Shown: positions 15,190 to 25,228 of the stretch, piece after piece
How positions within the stretch are numbered: position 1 is the stretch's first letter
Layout of the letters: every line of letters begins with the position of its first letter
Virus record (IMG/VR): IMGVR_UViG_3300025759_000048
Strand: one strand, 5' to 3'
DNA length: 30,123 nucleotides
Source: a virus
Notes under the pieces: generated by a model
The model's database searches: none
What the model saw: only the letters and a program-made list of their open reading frames with translations
What the model was told of the DNA's origin: nothing
Program-made: the position numbers and the translations under genes

Positions 15190-15789
15190 CTAGTCCTCCA
15201 ATAGTGTATAACTAAATTTATCATATCCGGATCCATGTCTCGTTTGCATTATGCACAGAGCAATCAGACGAGCAAAGTCCGCAGGATGTCGAATAGCTGT
15301 GCATCCTGCGGAGTAATATCTCGTGCTGTCGACAATTTTTGTCTCATGAGCTCGATGGATATTTATCCCAAACATGCCCGACTCCTCTCTAATGTGATCT
15401 GACGTCCCATCCTCAGTATTATCTCTGTATACAGTCACGACTCCCTCTCTCTGACAGAGGGCGAGATATTTTCCTCTGTGTAGATCTAATTTCCAACATC
15501 CTCGATATTGGCCTGCCTTTAGGATGGCGACTCCCTTCGGATTTGTAGGGTCGAGATGTTGCTCTTTTGAGGGGTCGACTGTGCATATATACGTCTCATG
15601 AATCCACAATCCCCCCTCTAAATATACGACATGAAATTTATCGTCAAATTTGCCGGGTCTGCGCTCCGCAGCTCTGACTCCTATCAAATTGAGATCGTGC
15701 TCTTTATCCTCAAATGTTACATATCCGAGATCTCTGACTCTCTGTAATATCGGAGGTCGCTCATCCCGGGGATATACTCTAATTCTCAT
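15190..15789 (-). CDS. Putative peptidoglycan hydrolase (endolysin candidate)
   Basis: Lies after the tail genes. The pattern GINIHRAHE...YYSAGCTAI resembles the His/Cys signature of YkuD-like L,D-peptidases. Recalled by eye only. Confidence 0.35.
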   Translation of the reverse strand: MRIRVYPRDERPPILQRVRDLGYVTFEDKEHDLNLIGVRAAERRPGKFDDKFHVVYLEGGLWIHETYICTVDPSKEQHLDPTNPKGVAILKAGQYRGCWKLDLHRGKYLALCQREGVVTVYRDNTEDGTSDHIREESGMFGINIHRAHETKIVDSTRYYSAGCTAIRHPADFARLIALCIMQTRHGSGYDKFSYTLLED

Positions 15790-17516
15790 TATCTCTCCTG
15801 TAATATAGGGTTCTCCTGTATGAGTATATCATATAACCATGATGCGCCATCGTATCGTTTCCCAATGATCATAACCCTATACTGAGAGAGGGAGATCTCA
15901 GAGTCTGAGAGGGAGATGATGTCTCCTATATCTAAATATCCCCACTCAAAACTCGCTCGGTAGGTCGTGATTTTTTCAGGGAGGGCTCTGCGTATGAGAT
16001 AATCCATCCCAATCCGAATTGCTGTCTCTCTGTCGTATACATAATCGAGCGAGATGGTCTGCTCTCTGCGTCCATATCTTTGCTGTGAGACTATCGCATA
16101 GGGAGAGACTATCTCATATTGAGCATTCACTCCCTCGAGCCTCTGTGCTCTAATGACTGCGACTCCTCTATATGCATCCTCTGCATTCGATGCCGTCCCC
16201 TGGGGAGCAAATCTCACAGTCAAATCATTGATAATCTCAGACCTCCGAGGGGAGATCGGCTCAATCCGTCTAAATGTCTCATCTGCTGTTATCTCGACTC
16301 TGGGATTGTTGATTGTGTCGTCTAATCTGTGATCTATGACAGGATACAATCCTGAGGGACCCGCTACGAGTGCAATTGGCAAATATGAGACGATATATCT
16401 CTGTAAAAAATCGTAGCACCTGATCTCGGGGTCGTTAATGTATCCTGCGAATTTGTATTTATTGAGGAGAGATCGGACTGAGGACATCGCCTGTCTGTCA
16501 TAGGTAATCCCTGAGGAGTCCAAAAGATAGACAATTAGATCTCCCCCTCCCTCGAGGGCTTGTCCTGTGTCATAGGGAGAGAGGAGACCTCCCCCATCAT
16601 CCCATCTAATCCAATACTCATAATCTGTATTGACGACAAATGATTGATCGATAGGAGAGGAGGCCTGCAAATTGATAAACGAGTAGACCTGTCCCTTACT
16701 CCCTACTTGACTATAGACAGGGACATTGGTGTCGACATTTCCCTGATTGTCGTATATGTCGACAGTCGAAGCCTTTACCGGATGACCGGCTATGACATAC
16801 CAAGCCGGAAAAGATCCGGAATTCTGAAATGCTATTTGATACGCAGGGGTAGAGGGGAATCCATAGCTGTCTCCGAGCTCATCTGTGATACTCCCCGGGG
16901 ATCCAATCACGACTGGGGATGATTTGCCGAGGTGCGGTCGGATAACTTCTGTGATACCATCCGGATCGACAGGAGGAGCGACTGCATTAGTCCGATAGGA
17001 CTCCTGAGAGAATTGAGTCGCAGAGAGAAACGCATTTTCTCCGACTACTCTCCTCAGGAGGGATTGATCTGAGAGCTCAATCTCATTCTCGACAGAGAAC
17101 TCGACATATCCGCTCGGCATGTCGGGATGGCCGTATATCGGAGAGGAGACGACTCCTGAGAATAGGGAGATCCGCTCATCATAGGATTGTTGTATCTCTC
17201 CTCTCTTGACTGTGACATAGTAAAACCGAGCCGGGCTCCTATCAATCCCCCTCCCCTGCAATTGCATATCTGAGACGTCAAAAGGGAGAAATATCGCCAT
17301 CGAGATAGCAGACTGAGAGAATTTGACTTTTCCGACCTCCTCTAATGAGAGCGAGAAATCTGGATTGTCGAGTTTCCCTTCATACAATACACTCTCCCCT
17401 CCCTCGTCAAATTGGACGGGATATGTCGAGAATCTATATGTTCTCCCTGCTATGTCGATCTCTAATAAAAAGCAAATCTCAGTACTGAGATAATCATATG
17501 CCGAGTATGTCCTCAT
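15789..17516 (-). CDS. Tail tip/distal tail structural protein (575 aa)
   Basis: Large ORF in the tail module with start and stop overlaps. No motif recognised. Confidence 0.55.
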   Translation of the reverse strand: MRTYSAYDYLSTEICFLLEIDIAGRTYRFSTYPVQFDEGGESVLYEGKLDNPDFSLSLEEVGKVKFSQSAISMAIFLPFDVSDMQLQGRGIDRSPARFYYVTVKRGEIQQSYDERISLFSGVVSSPIYGHPDMPSGYVEFSVENEIELSDQSLLRRVVGENAFLSATQFSQESYRTNAVAPPVDPDGITEVIRPHLGKSSPVVIGSPGSITDELGDSYGFPSTPAYQIAFQNSGSFPAWYVIAGHPVKASTVDIYDNQGNVDTNVPVYSQVGSKGQVYSFINLQASSPIDQSFVVNTDYEYWIRWDDGGGLLSPYDTGQALEGGGDLIVYLLDSSGITYDRQAMSSVRSLLNKYKFAGYINDPEIRCYDFLQRYIVSYLPIALVAGPSGLYPVIDHRLDDTINNPRVEITADETFRRIEPISPRRSEIINDLTVRFAPQGTASNAEDAYRGVAVIRAQRLEGVNAQYEIVSPYAIVSQQRYGRREQTISLDYVYDRETAIRIGMDYLIRRALPEKITTYRASFEWGYLDIGDIISLSDSEISLSQYRVMIIGKRYDGASWLYDILIQENPILQER

Positions 17517-20500
17517 AAGATCTCCCTGAGTGTCATAGTCGCAATTCTGACGAGCTCTCCTGACTCTGAGACATTCTCGTCTCCGAGTATATTCTCGACC
17601 TCAATCTCACCCTGCACAGATACGAGAGCCTGTTCATAATCTCGATGTAGCTCCTTTTGATCTGTGGTTTTATCTATGAGAGGGAGATAGACAATTGGTG
17701 TTTTCTCTCCCTGCAAATATTTGAGGAGTCCCTGCAATAGATAGGGGACATCATTAGCGATGGCGATCGGCTCCGCTCCCCCTGAGGAGCTCCCTATCCA
17801 GTAATTCGGATCTGGGTTATCTCCCTGCAAATCTGACAGGTCGACTCCCTCAGTCCAAGCGATCCGGAATGTCCTTCGAGATGGTCTGTTATTTTTTGTG
17901 TATACAATCCCATCCTGAGTCTCTGAGGAGACTGTCCCTGAGTCAATCGAGATGGTGCGTCCTCTCTGATATTGTTTACCTGGTATGAGGACCGAGCCGA
18001 GATGGAGGATCCCTATCTGAGCATAATTCTCGAGAGTCGTCTGAGCTGGGATCCTGAGACCGAGAGCCTCGAGTCGTAAACCGTTTAGATTGACAATTAG
18101 TGTCATGCTATTAGGGATAAGCTCAATCTCTGAGGGAGATAATCCTGTCAGACTCTCGTCAAGTAATAAAACCGCTTGTTTCGTGCCTGTCGTAGTCCCT
18201 CCGAATCTCCCCTCACTATTAGAGACGACTGTCCGCCATACATAGGACTCCTCTCCTGTCTCAATCCTCACCCGCCATCCTGCGCACTCGTTATATCTAA
18301 AGTAGGGCTGATTGGGGGCTGTATTTGCTCCCCTCACAGTCCTCCCTTGAACGAGACATTCTGACGAGATACTCCCTGAGAAGGTGTCTAAGACAGTCCA
18401 CGTCCCCGAGCTATAATACTCGAGCTTGCCTGTGATAAAATTATAATTCTGCAGATGTAAACCCACGTAGTCATTAGGGAGAGACTCGTCTATATGGACG
18501 GAGGTATCCGGATCGAGTTTAAATGCGATAAATTGCTCGGGGACATTTCCTGAGATAACACTCTCAGATCTCCAATAAACTCGACGAGTCGGAGATATGT
18601 CATAGAGGACATTCTCAATTTTAAAATTTGATGTCGGAGTGATCGAGAATTGATCTCCCTCATAGGTCGCTCCGTCTGTCCCTGAGATCCTGACATTGTC
18701 GGAGACATACGCATAATTGCCGGTCGGAGGATATGCTCTCTGAAATAGGTCCCCCGGAGAGGAGAATGAGACGAGATGATCATCTCCTATCTGAGGAGCT
18801 CGTGAAAAGTTTATATCACTCCAAATTGTCTCGAAGGCCGCAGGACCTCCCGACCAAGCCAGATGTCCCCACTTGACCTCGTTTAGATTTGATGCTCCTC
18901 CCCCTCCTGAGGAGAGAGTCCCTGTCCCTGCTGTCGTCCATCTGCGTTTATTGTTGATTGAGTCTATATCTCGATAATAGACTGTTATGTCATCACCTGA
19001 GAGCGCAATCAGGAGATCAATATCTGACAGAGAGAGTCCTGAGATAGTAAAGACATTTGAAGCGGCTATATTGTCGACCAATACAATCGCAGAGGGAGAG
19101 ACTCGGAGCTCTGCATCATAATTATCCGTCGTGTCGTCTGTTTTTATCCGGATCCCTCGTATATCATTAACATTATCCCCTCCTATCATTGAGGAGATAC
19201 GAGCCCTCACAATCATCCCTTTAGGGATAATCTCTGATGTCGCTATCCCTACCATAGAGGGGGAGACTGTGTAGTTTTTGAGCCGATCAATACGGACTCC
19301 TCCTGAGTCGAGACTCTCAGTCCCCGCTCCGGCTGTCGTGACTCCTGTAAAATTACTATATAGATCGAGACCGGGGTAATTATATGCAAATGATAATCTA
19401 TTCCACTCCGCATCCTGATCTGTCGAGTAATATGCAGAGGGGAGGGTTACAGAGGAGTATCCCCCGAGATATAACATCGAGATCGAGTAATTTGCCGCAG
19501 TCGACACAGGCTCGCAGAGGATGATTGATCTCCCTGACCACGTCAACCCAAATGAATTCTCGATCTGAGAGCTGTCGTCTCCTGTGCGGATTAATCTCCC
19601 CGCTCCGTTTTGGTCTCTCCCCATCTCCCTAAATGAGATCGCATCCTGAGACCAATAGATCCGATAGTCTCCTCCCCCTGCCTGCCGACGTGCGGAGATA
19701 TGATGAGAGGCTCCCTCATCTGTCCACGCCGAGATGTCCCCTCCTGTCATGACATTACTCGTCCCTCCTGTGACAGTCTGAGAGATAACATGATAGCCTC
19801 CTGAGTCTCTGAGTCTATGCGCAGAGATATAAGCGGAGGGGATTGTCATGTAATGAATTTCGTTTGTCGCACCTGCATAACAGAATCGAAATACTCCCTC
19901 GTGAGAGTAGAGGGAGATAGATCTGAATGAGTGATCGTCTATTTCTGCGCTTGTCGTGACGAGGGAGAAAGATCCCCCCATATCTGAGGAGGCATATTGT
20001 AATAATCGATTGCGCTTAGTCGCTGAGGTATCATTCCAGATGGTCTCAATCATAATCATAACCACTCCGAGAGCCTCTGCGATCCGGAGCCTCTGCGGAT
20101 TGTGGTTCTGATATGCTGCTCCCGATCCGGTGAGGGTCCCTATATTGAGAGCCTCGGGGAGAGCTCTGCGAGTGCGGAGTGTCCAAGTCGTCCCATCTGT
20201 CGAGTGATATGTGCGGAGATTGACTGTCTCGTCATCCCCTGCGAGATGGGCAAGTAAATAGGAGCCGTCTGAGAGTTTACACATCCCGGAGAGGAGAGCA
20301 TATCTCAGAGTCGTACTCTCTGAGTATATAGAGACATCTGAGCTGGTATCATCTATCTTTAATGTCGTAACTCTGACTGTGCGGTTTGAGGTCGTATCTC
20401 GTGCGTATGATATGAGGAGATCTCCCTCTCCTGTGTCGAGTCCTGAGGGAAAAGAATAGACTGTGCTCGACAATCTCGAAAAGTATAGATTTTTAAACCT

Positions 20501-20794
20501 CGAGATTGTGTTTTGAGGATCTCGTCCGTAATTGACAGAGGTTTGATTGTCCTCAAATATAAATCCGGCTCCGTATCCTGCGTATCCTGATTTTTGAGTT
20601 TTTATTGTGAGATCTGAGCCTGTCGTCTGATTGCCTGTCGCTATTAGTCTCATAGGTCCGTATCCGGTAGGGATGGGATCTCCTGCGATACTATCTCCGA
20701 CCGTAAAAGACGATTGAGCGAGCCATAGATTATTATTATTGAGTCCCAGAGGGACGAGAAACCCTCTCAGATAGTCCGGTGTAACATTAGGCAT
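17513..20794 (-). CDS. Large tail protein (1093 aa) with BNR/Asp-box-like repeats
   Basis: Immediately follows the tape measure gene. Asp-box-like SxDxGxTW occurs at YHSTDGTTWTL, with a weaker copy at YASSDMGGSFSL. Confidence 0.6.
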   Translation of the reverse strand: MPNVTPDYLRGFLVPLGLNNNNLWLAQSSFTVGDSIAGDPIPTGYGPMRLIATGNQTTGSDLTIKTQKSGYAGYGAGFIFEDNQTSVNYGRDPQNTISRFKNLYFSRLSSTVYSFPSGLDTGEGDLLISYARDTTSNRTVRVTTLKIDDTSSDVSIYSESTTLRYALLSGMCKLSDGSYLLAHLAGDDETVNLRTYHSTDGTTWTLRTRRALPEALNIGTLTGSGAAYQNHNPQRLRIAEALGVVMIMIETIWNDTSATKRNRLLQYASSDMGGSFSLVTTSAEIDDHSFRSISLYSHEGVFRFCYAGATNEIHYMTIPSAYISAHRLRDSGGYHVISQTVTGGTSNVMTGGDISAWTDEGASHHISARRQAGGGDYRIYWSQDAISFREMGRDQNGAGRLIRTGDDSSQIENSFGLTWSGRSIILCEPVSTAANYSISMLYLGGYSSVTLPSAYYSTDQDAEWNRLSFAYNYPGLDLYSNFTGVTTAGAGTESLDSGGVRIDRLKNYTVSPSMVGIATSEIIPKGMIVRARISSMIGGDNVNDIRGIRIKTDDTTDNYDAELRVSPSAIVLVDNIAASNVFTISGLSLSDIDLLIALSGDDITVYYRDIDSINNKRRWTTAGTGTLSSGGGGASNLNEVKWGHLAWSGGPAAFETIWSDINFSRAPQIGDDHLVSFSSPGDLFQRAYPPTGNYAYVSDNVRISGTDGATYEGDQFSITPTSNFKIENVLYDISPTRRVYWRSESVISGNVPEQFIAFKLDPDTSVHIDESLPNDYVGLHLQNYNFITGKLEYYSSGTWTVLDTFSGSISSECLVQGRTVRGANTAPNQPYFRYNECAGWRVRIETGEESYVWRTVVSNSEGRFGGTTTGTKQAVLLLDESLTGLSPSEIELIPNSMTLIVNLNGLRLEALGLRIPAQTTLENYAQIGILHLGSVLIPGKQYQRGRTISIDSGTVSSETQDGIVYTKNNRPSRRTFRIAWTEGVDLSDLQGDNPDPNYWIGSSSGGAEPIAIANDVPYLLQGLLKYLQGEKTPIVYLPLIDKTTDQKELHRDYEQALVSVQGEIEVENILGDENVSESGELVRIATMTLREIL

Positions 20795-23139
20795 TAGTAT
20801 CCCCTCCGAGCGTTTCGTGCGTCTGACAGTCCCATCCTCTGACGATCTGACATAAATCTATCATAATGTTTGTAAGGATTCATGACTATCACCTGAGGAG
20901 AGATTGTCTGTCCGTTTTGTAATCTGTTTACTCCCTGCTCTCCCCCGAGTCTATTGACTGTCGCCCGGTCGAGAACTGCCTCTCCTCTCTTGACAATGAT
21001 TGTCGACTCGTCAGGAGTCCTCTCAATCATACCCCCCATGTGGAATTGCGGAGGTTGTTGTGACATGACAATAGCGGCTTGTGCTGCGGCTGTGGCTATG
21101 TATCCCGCAATAGCCGCAGGGGCGAGAGGACCGAACTGAGCTGGGGCGGCTGTTATGCTTTTTGCTGTATTCATTGCGATCTCACCGAGCGCAGCGACCT
21201 TCTGAGCCGTAAAGAGAGCGACGAGTAATTTTTTGTTCTTATTTCCGGATTTTTGCAATAGCTCGAGAGAGGCTGTCGTGACAGTAGAGAGAGATTGTAG
21301 TATCGCAGATGTCCCCGAGGCTATCTGAGCTTGCCTTTTTTGCTCTGCGTCATCTCTGATCTTTTGTAGTGCTATCTCATGATTAAACTCGGCAGCTCTG
21401 AGGGCTTTTTGTCGATCTTCGTTTGCCTTGTCGATCTCCTCCTGAGTCTTAGCCTGTTTGATTGTGGCCTCTGTCGCTTCGTTAATCTTGTCTATTGTGT
21501 CCCTCTTTTGTAGTGCGAGCTTTGCCTCATTTGCAAATAATTCATCAGAGGCAGGAAGAGAATCTAACATTGCCATTAGAGCGACTCTCTCGAGATCTCC
21601 TCTGACCTGAGCGATTTGAGAGAGGCTCTCCTGTTTGTCGATCTGCTCATCTAATTTTTGATTGATCTCCTCTAAGTCTATTTTTTCTTTCTGTGTAATG
21701 AGTGCCTTTTGCTCTGCGACTAATGAGGATGCTCTCTCGACCTCCTCTCGAGCCTCCTCTAATCCGAGTCTCTCTGCCTCTGTCTGAGCTGTCGTCTCGA
21801 GCTCTATAATCTGAGCCTGCATTAGAGATAATTGATCGTCGAGTGCATCTCTGCGAGCCTGTGCGCTTCTGCTGATCTGCTCAGAGTCGGAGAGCATAGA
21901 CAGAGACATCTCCGCATTTTGAGCCTCGAGGGCGTTTATCTGATCTGTGAGTCCTGAGGTTATTTGTATGATTTTTAATCTGCGCTCCTCTGCTCTCTGA
22001 GTCGCCTCGGCTTGTCGTTTTTGTTTGTCTTTTGCCTCTATGACTGCGATCTCCGCAGCTAGGATCTTTTCTGTCTGATCTTTTGCTGCGCTATACTCTC
22101 CCCATATATCTCGCAGAATTATTTTTTTATCCGCAATAATCTTTTTCAGATCTTCCTCTTTATCTCGGCTCTCTGAGATCATTTTGCTAATCTCGAGTCT
22201 CTCTTTACTATTCATAGCGAGCCCTTTTTGGACTTCGTACATCTGGACTCTCTCGGCTTGTAAGAGATCAATCTGTGCCTGTGCTGTTTTGACTCTCTCT
22301 GTCGCTGTTTTCTCGAGATCTTGCATCCTCGTGTATAATTTAGAGGTCTCCTCTGTCTGTTTCTTTTTGGCTTCTCTTATGTCGAATTCTTTCTGAGAGA
22401 TCTGTCCTAATGCCAACAATCTCTCATTATCGAGTCGAGATAATTCCCTCCTCTGCTCTATTGCGTTTATGTCAAATCCGAGATCGAGATCCTCAGAGAG
22501 TCCCCTGAGCTCCTGTCCCAATCTCTCGATCTCCTTCCGTCCCTCTGATAGGCCGGTTTTAAATTTGTCGAATTCCTCTTTTGCCTTTTTTTGGTTGTGC
22601 GTAAATAGAGTATAAGCACCCGCAGCGAGCCCGAGGGTCCCCACAACCCCTATCATGACGAGATTGCCTGTCGCTAGTGATCTCGACATGGATCTCGCAG
22701 CCGAGCCGACCATCCCAATCTCCCCTGCCATCGCTGCGAGCTCAGGATTGATAAATCCGACCACATCCTCGAGGCTACCCATAGCCGCACCAAAATCTCT
22801 TGTTTGTCTGCGAGTCTGTTTTATGCGGTCCCCTGCTAGGTCAAAAGATCTCCCTATCTGCTTAGAGGATTTTTGAGCCTGATCTGCCTGATCTCTAAAT
22901 GATTGCTGTATTTTCGCAGAGGAGGCCTGATAACTTTTTGTCGTCTCACGAGCGGCTTTTTTGCTCTCCTGAGCCGCTTTCTGAGCCGCTTTTTGTGCCT
23001 TGTTAAATTCAGAGGCTAGGGCTCTCGTCATAGCCTGAGCCTCTTTTTTTGTCATCCCCGGGATCTGACCGAGGGAGTCCTGCAATTGTTTGAGATTGGC
23101 TCTGAGACTAATCTCGACGCTTTTATTCACATCTGCCAT
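20794..23139 (-). CDS. Tail tape measure protein
   Basis: 781 aa, long coiled-coil Ala/Gln/Glu/Lys-rich sequence with hydrophobic segments (LVMIGVVGTLGLAAGAYTLF). The C-terminal FHMGGMI...KRGEAVLD element is common in tape measure proteins. Confidence 0.7.
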   Translation of the reverse strand: MADVNKSVEISLRANLKQLQDSLGQIPGMTKKEAQAMTRALASEFNKAQKAAQKAAQESKKAARETTKSYQASSAKIQQSFRDQADQAQKSSKQIGRSFDLAGDRIKQTRRQTRDFGAAMGSLEDVVGFINPELAAMAGEIGMVGSAARSMSRSLATGNLVMIGVVGTLGLAAGAYTLFTHNQKKAKEEFDKFKTGLSEGRKEIERLGQELRGLSEDLDLGFDINAIEQRRELSRLDNERLLALGQISQKEFDIREAKKKQTEETSKLYTRMQDLEKTATERVKTAQAQIDLLQAERVQMYEVQKGLAMNSKERLEISKMISESRDKEEDLKKIIADKKIILRDIWGEYSAAKDQTEKILAAEIAVIEAKDKQKRQAEATQRAEERRLKIIQITSGLTDQINALEAQNAEMSLSMLSDSEQISRSAQARRDALDDQLSLMQAQIIELETTAQTEAERLGLEEAREEVERASSLVAEQKALITQKEKIDLEEINQKLDEQIDKQESLSQIAQVRGDLERVALMAMLDSLPASDELFANEAKLALQKRDTIDKINEATEATIKQAKTQEEIDKANEDRQKALRAAEFNHEIALQKIRDDAEQKRQAQIASGTSAILQSLSTVTTASLELLQKSGNKNKKLLVALFTAQKVAALGEIAMNTAKSITAAPAQFGPLAPAAIAGYIATAAAQAAIVMSQQPPQFHMGGMIERTPDESTIIVKRGEAVLDRATVNRLGGEQGVNRLQNGQTISPQVIVMNPYKHYDRFMSDRQRMGLSDARNARRGY

Positions 23140-23140
23140 T

Positions 23141-23704
23141 TTATTTCTTTTTGCCTCCTCTCATGAGGTCGTCCGCAATTACATTAACAAGTTTCGATGC
23201 GGCTCGCTTCGTAGGTTTCCAGAGGAGCTCGTCCGCTGTGCGAGTCCCAAATGCGAGATCGTTTAGTGTGTACTCTCCTGTCGTGATAGCCCACGCATAA
23301 GGGGCATCATTGCGCACAAATGCGACAATATCCTCTCCCTCTATAAGGATCCCTTTTTGTAGTCTATTTTTTGAGTCCTGAGATTTAGGAGACACTCTGA
23401 CAGGGATGGGATCATCTTTTATACGTCCTGACTCGTCAATCTCTCTCATGATAGCAGAGGCCTCCTGAGTGCCTTTCTGTCGTTTGAGGGCTCCAAATAT
23501 AGCCGCCTTCTTCTCGTCTGCTGTGCGAGGTCTCTGCGTCCTCACAGGCCATTGTCGATAGGCCTCCTCATATATCTCAGTCATCTCATTCTCGAAGATC
23601 TGACGGATAAGGGGGAGCTGGTCTAATAGATTGTTGACCATCCTCTCTAATTCGTCAGATACTCCGATCGCAGCGTTTCCCTGCTTGATAAAAACTTTAG
23701 CCAT
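23141..23704 (-). CDS. HK97 gp10-like neck/tail component (187 aa)
   Basis: NDAPYAWAITTGEYT resembles the ..PYA..vE.G motif of the HK97 gp10 family. Its position between the chaperones and the tape measure is unusual. Confidence 0.4.
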   Translation of the reverse strand: MAKVFIKQGNAAIGVSDELERMVNNLLDQLPLIRQIFENEMTEIYEEAYRQWPVRTQRPRTADEKKAAIFGALKRQKGTQEASAIMREIDESGRIKDDPIPVRVSPKSQDSKNRLQKGILIEGEDIVAFVRNDAPYAWAITTGEYTLNDLAFGTRTADELLWKPTKRAASKLVNVIADDLMRGGKKK

Positions 23705-23921
23705 CTCTATTCCTCATCCTGTGTATCTGCTCTCTATTATAGCGAGTTTTTCTCTCCTCTCTCTGTTTTTGTGTCTCAGTCTCGAGGATATAGTCGGCAA
23801 TTAGGGAGGTCTGAGTGTCAGGATCGAGGGAGCGGAACCAATCCGGATCTCTCCCCCATCTGCGACTCATGAGGAGCTCTAATCTGTCGAGATGTCCGAA
23901 TTTATGGAATGCGTAAAATTT
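23697..23921 (-). CDS. -1 frame extension (T-like) giving a roughly 185-aa G-T fusion chaperone
   Basis: My translation after the slip is YAFHKFGHLDRLELLMSRRWGRDPDWFRSLDPDTQTSLIADYILETETQKQREERKTRYNREQIHRMRNRDG. The stop at 23699-23697 overlaps the next ATG. This fills an otherwise non-coding 175-nt gap. Confidence 0.55.
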   Translation of the reverse strand, partial: KFYAFHKFGHLDRLELLMSRRWGRDPDWFRSLDPDTQTSLIADYILETETQKQREERKTRYNREQIHRMRNRDG

Positions 23922-24256
23922 GCCTTTTCGTCGACCTCTTTCTCGGTCGGGATTTTTGTCGCCATAAATGACAGAGCCTTCACTCCCTCCTCATAAATGA
24001 CAGATGCCACAATCCCCTCGCTCAGGAGTCTATCGAGACATGTGTGTCCGTACTCGAGAGGGGATGATTTGCCGGGTCTGTATTTTGGCAATTTGCGGAC
24101 GTGATCGAGACAGACTCCGAGCGCACCTGCGCAGAGACGAGCGAGACGTGCGTTGTCACTCTCAGATGTCCACAGAGAGACAAATTCAAAAGATGTAGCA
24201 AGGGAGGGAGTCGTCAGATCGATCTCCCCTCCCCATTTGCGGATAGATATTTTCAT
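23879..24256 (-). CDS. Tail assembly chaperone (G-like, 125 aa)
   Basis: Lies between the major tail protein and the tape measure. It carries an in-phase slippery heptamer near its 3' end. Confidence 0.6.
   Translation of the reverse strand: MKISIRKWGGEIDLTTPSLATSFEFVSLWTSESDNARLARLCAGALGVCLDHVRKLPKYRPGKSSPLEYGHTCLDRLLSEGIVASVIYEEGVKALSFMATKIPTEKEVDEKANFTHSINSDISTD
23915..23921 (-). promoter_or_regulatory. -1 programmed frameshift heptamer A AAT TTT
   Basis: The heptamer is in X XXY YYZ phase with the 125-aa ORF (a codon starts at 23920). The -1 frame stays open for 72 further codons. Confidence 0.55.
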
Positions 24257-24274
24257 GTAGTCTCCTGATATCTA

Positions 24275-24787
24275 TTAGGGAGTAGTCGCTGTGTAAGTGA
24301 CTCCTCCGTAGCATGTAAAGTTTATTGTAAATGAGGACGGATCTCCCTCAGTGAAGGAAGCAGTGCACACGCATTTAGAGAGAGTCGCCTCGTGTGTCTC
24401 TGTATCTGTGAGGGCTGTCGCATCGACCTGATATTGTATGTCGATACAATAAAACTCGACATAAGGAGTCCCCGAATTGCCTGTCGAGACGTTTGAGGAG
24501 TAATGTCCTGTCTTATTGATAAAGTCGAGAATACTACCGGCCTCGGCTCCATCTGTAAACTGTCGGAAATATGCGGAGAAAGATCCTGTCGCTGAGGGCT
24601 CATCATCCCCCTTTCTGACTGTCGTGATCGTCCCTCTGTCTCTGATCACAGTCTGAGCCGCCTTGGGAGTGTCAAATGTTACATTTCCCTCTTCATATGC
24701 GATCTCGAGGGTTACCGGTGTGCCGGTTGCGTCAGATAGTGTGATTACACCATCTCGACGTGTTTTTGGTAAAGTAGAATAGGCCAC
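24275..24787 (-). CDS. Major tail protein candidate (170 aa)
   Basis: GTG start follows GGAGA-N5. Beta-rich Thr/Ser-rich sequence. Lies just upstream of the chaperone pair. Confidence 0.55.
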   Translation of the reverse strand: MAYSTLPKTRRDGVITLSDATGTPVTLEIAYEEGNVTFDTPKAAQTVIRDRGTITTVRKGDDEPSATGSFSAYFRQFTDGAEAGSILDFINKTGHYSSNVSTGNSGTPYVEFYCIDIQYQVDATALTDTETHEATLSKCVCTASFTEGDPSSFTINFTCYGGVTYTATTP

Positions 24788-24796
24788 AATAATCTC

Positions 24797-25228
24797 CTAT
24801 GATAATATAAAGGTGTGTAGTGCTGAGAATTCAATCTCAGATATAATATACTCCTGAGAGTCAGGAGATCGACGAGAAGATCTGACAAATCGTATCTCTA
24901 TAGCTCGATTAAAGTCTCGAGCCATCACAGCTCCGATCACTTCCTGCTCTTTATCGAGTGCATTGCCATAATCTAACACGACATCATGAGGTCGTATCCG
25001 ATACGCAAATCTGACTCGCACAAGCGACTCGACATAGCACCCTATCGAATTCCTCTGTCTCTCATTAGCTGCATTTGTCGCAGACATCTCGACAGTAAAA
25101 CCCAGATGTCCGAGTGTATTTTGAGACCTGCCAAAATACTCAGGGAGCATCCTGACCTCCCTAAAGCCTGAGAGGTCGGATATATTTTGAGCGATCGCAG
25201 ATCTGACCTGAGAGACGGAGACAGCCAT
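24797..25228 (-). CDS. Tail terminator/head-tail joining protein candidate (143 aa)
   Basis: Called on position and size only. Confidence 0.4.
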   Translation of the reverse strand: MAVSVSQVRSAIAQNISDLSGFREVRMLPEYFGRSQNTLGHLGFTVEMSATNAANERQRNSIGCYVESLVRVRFAYRIRPHDVVLDYGNALDKEQEVIGAVMARDFNRAIEIRFVRSSRRSPDSQEYIISEIEFSALHTFILS

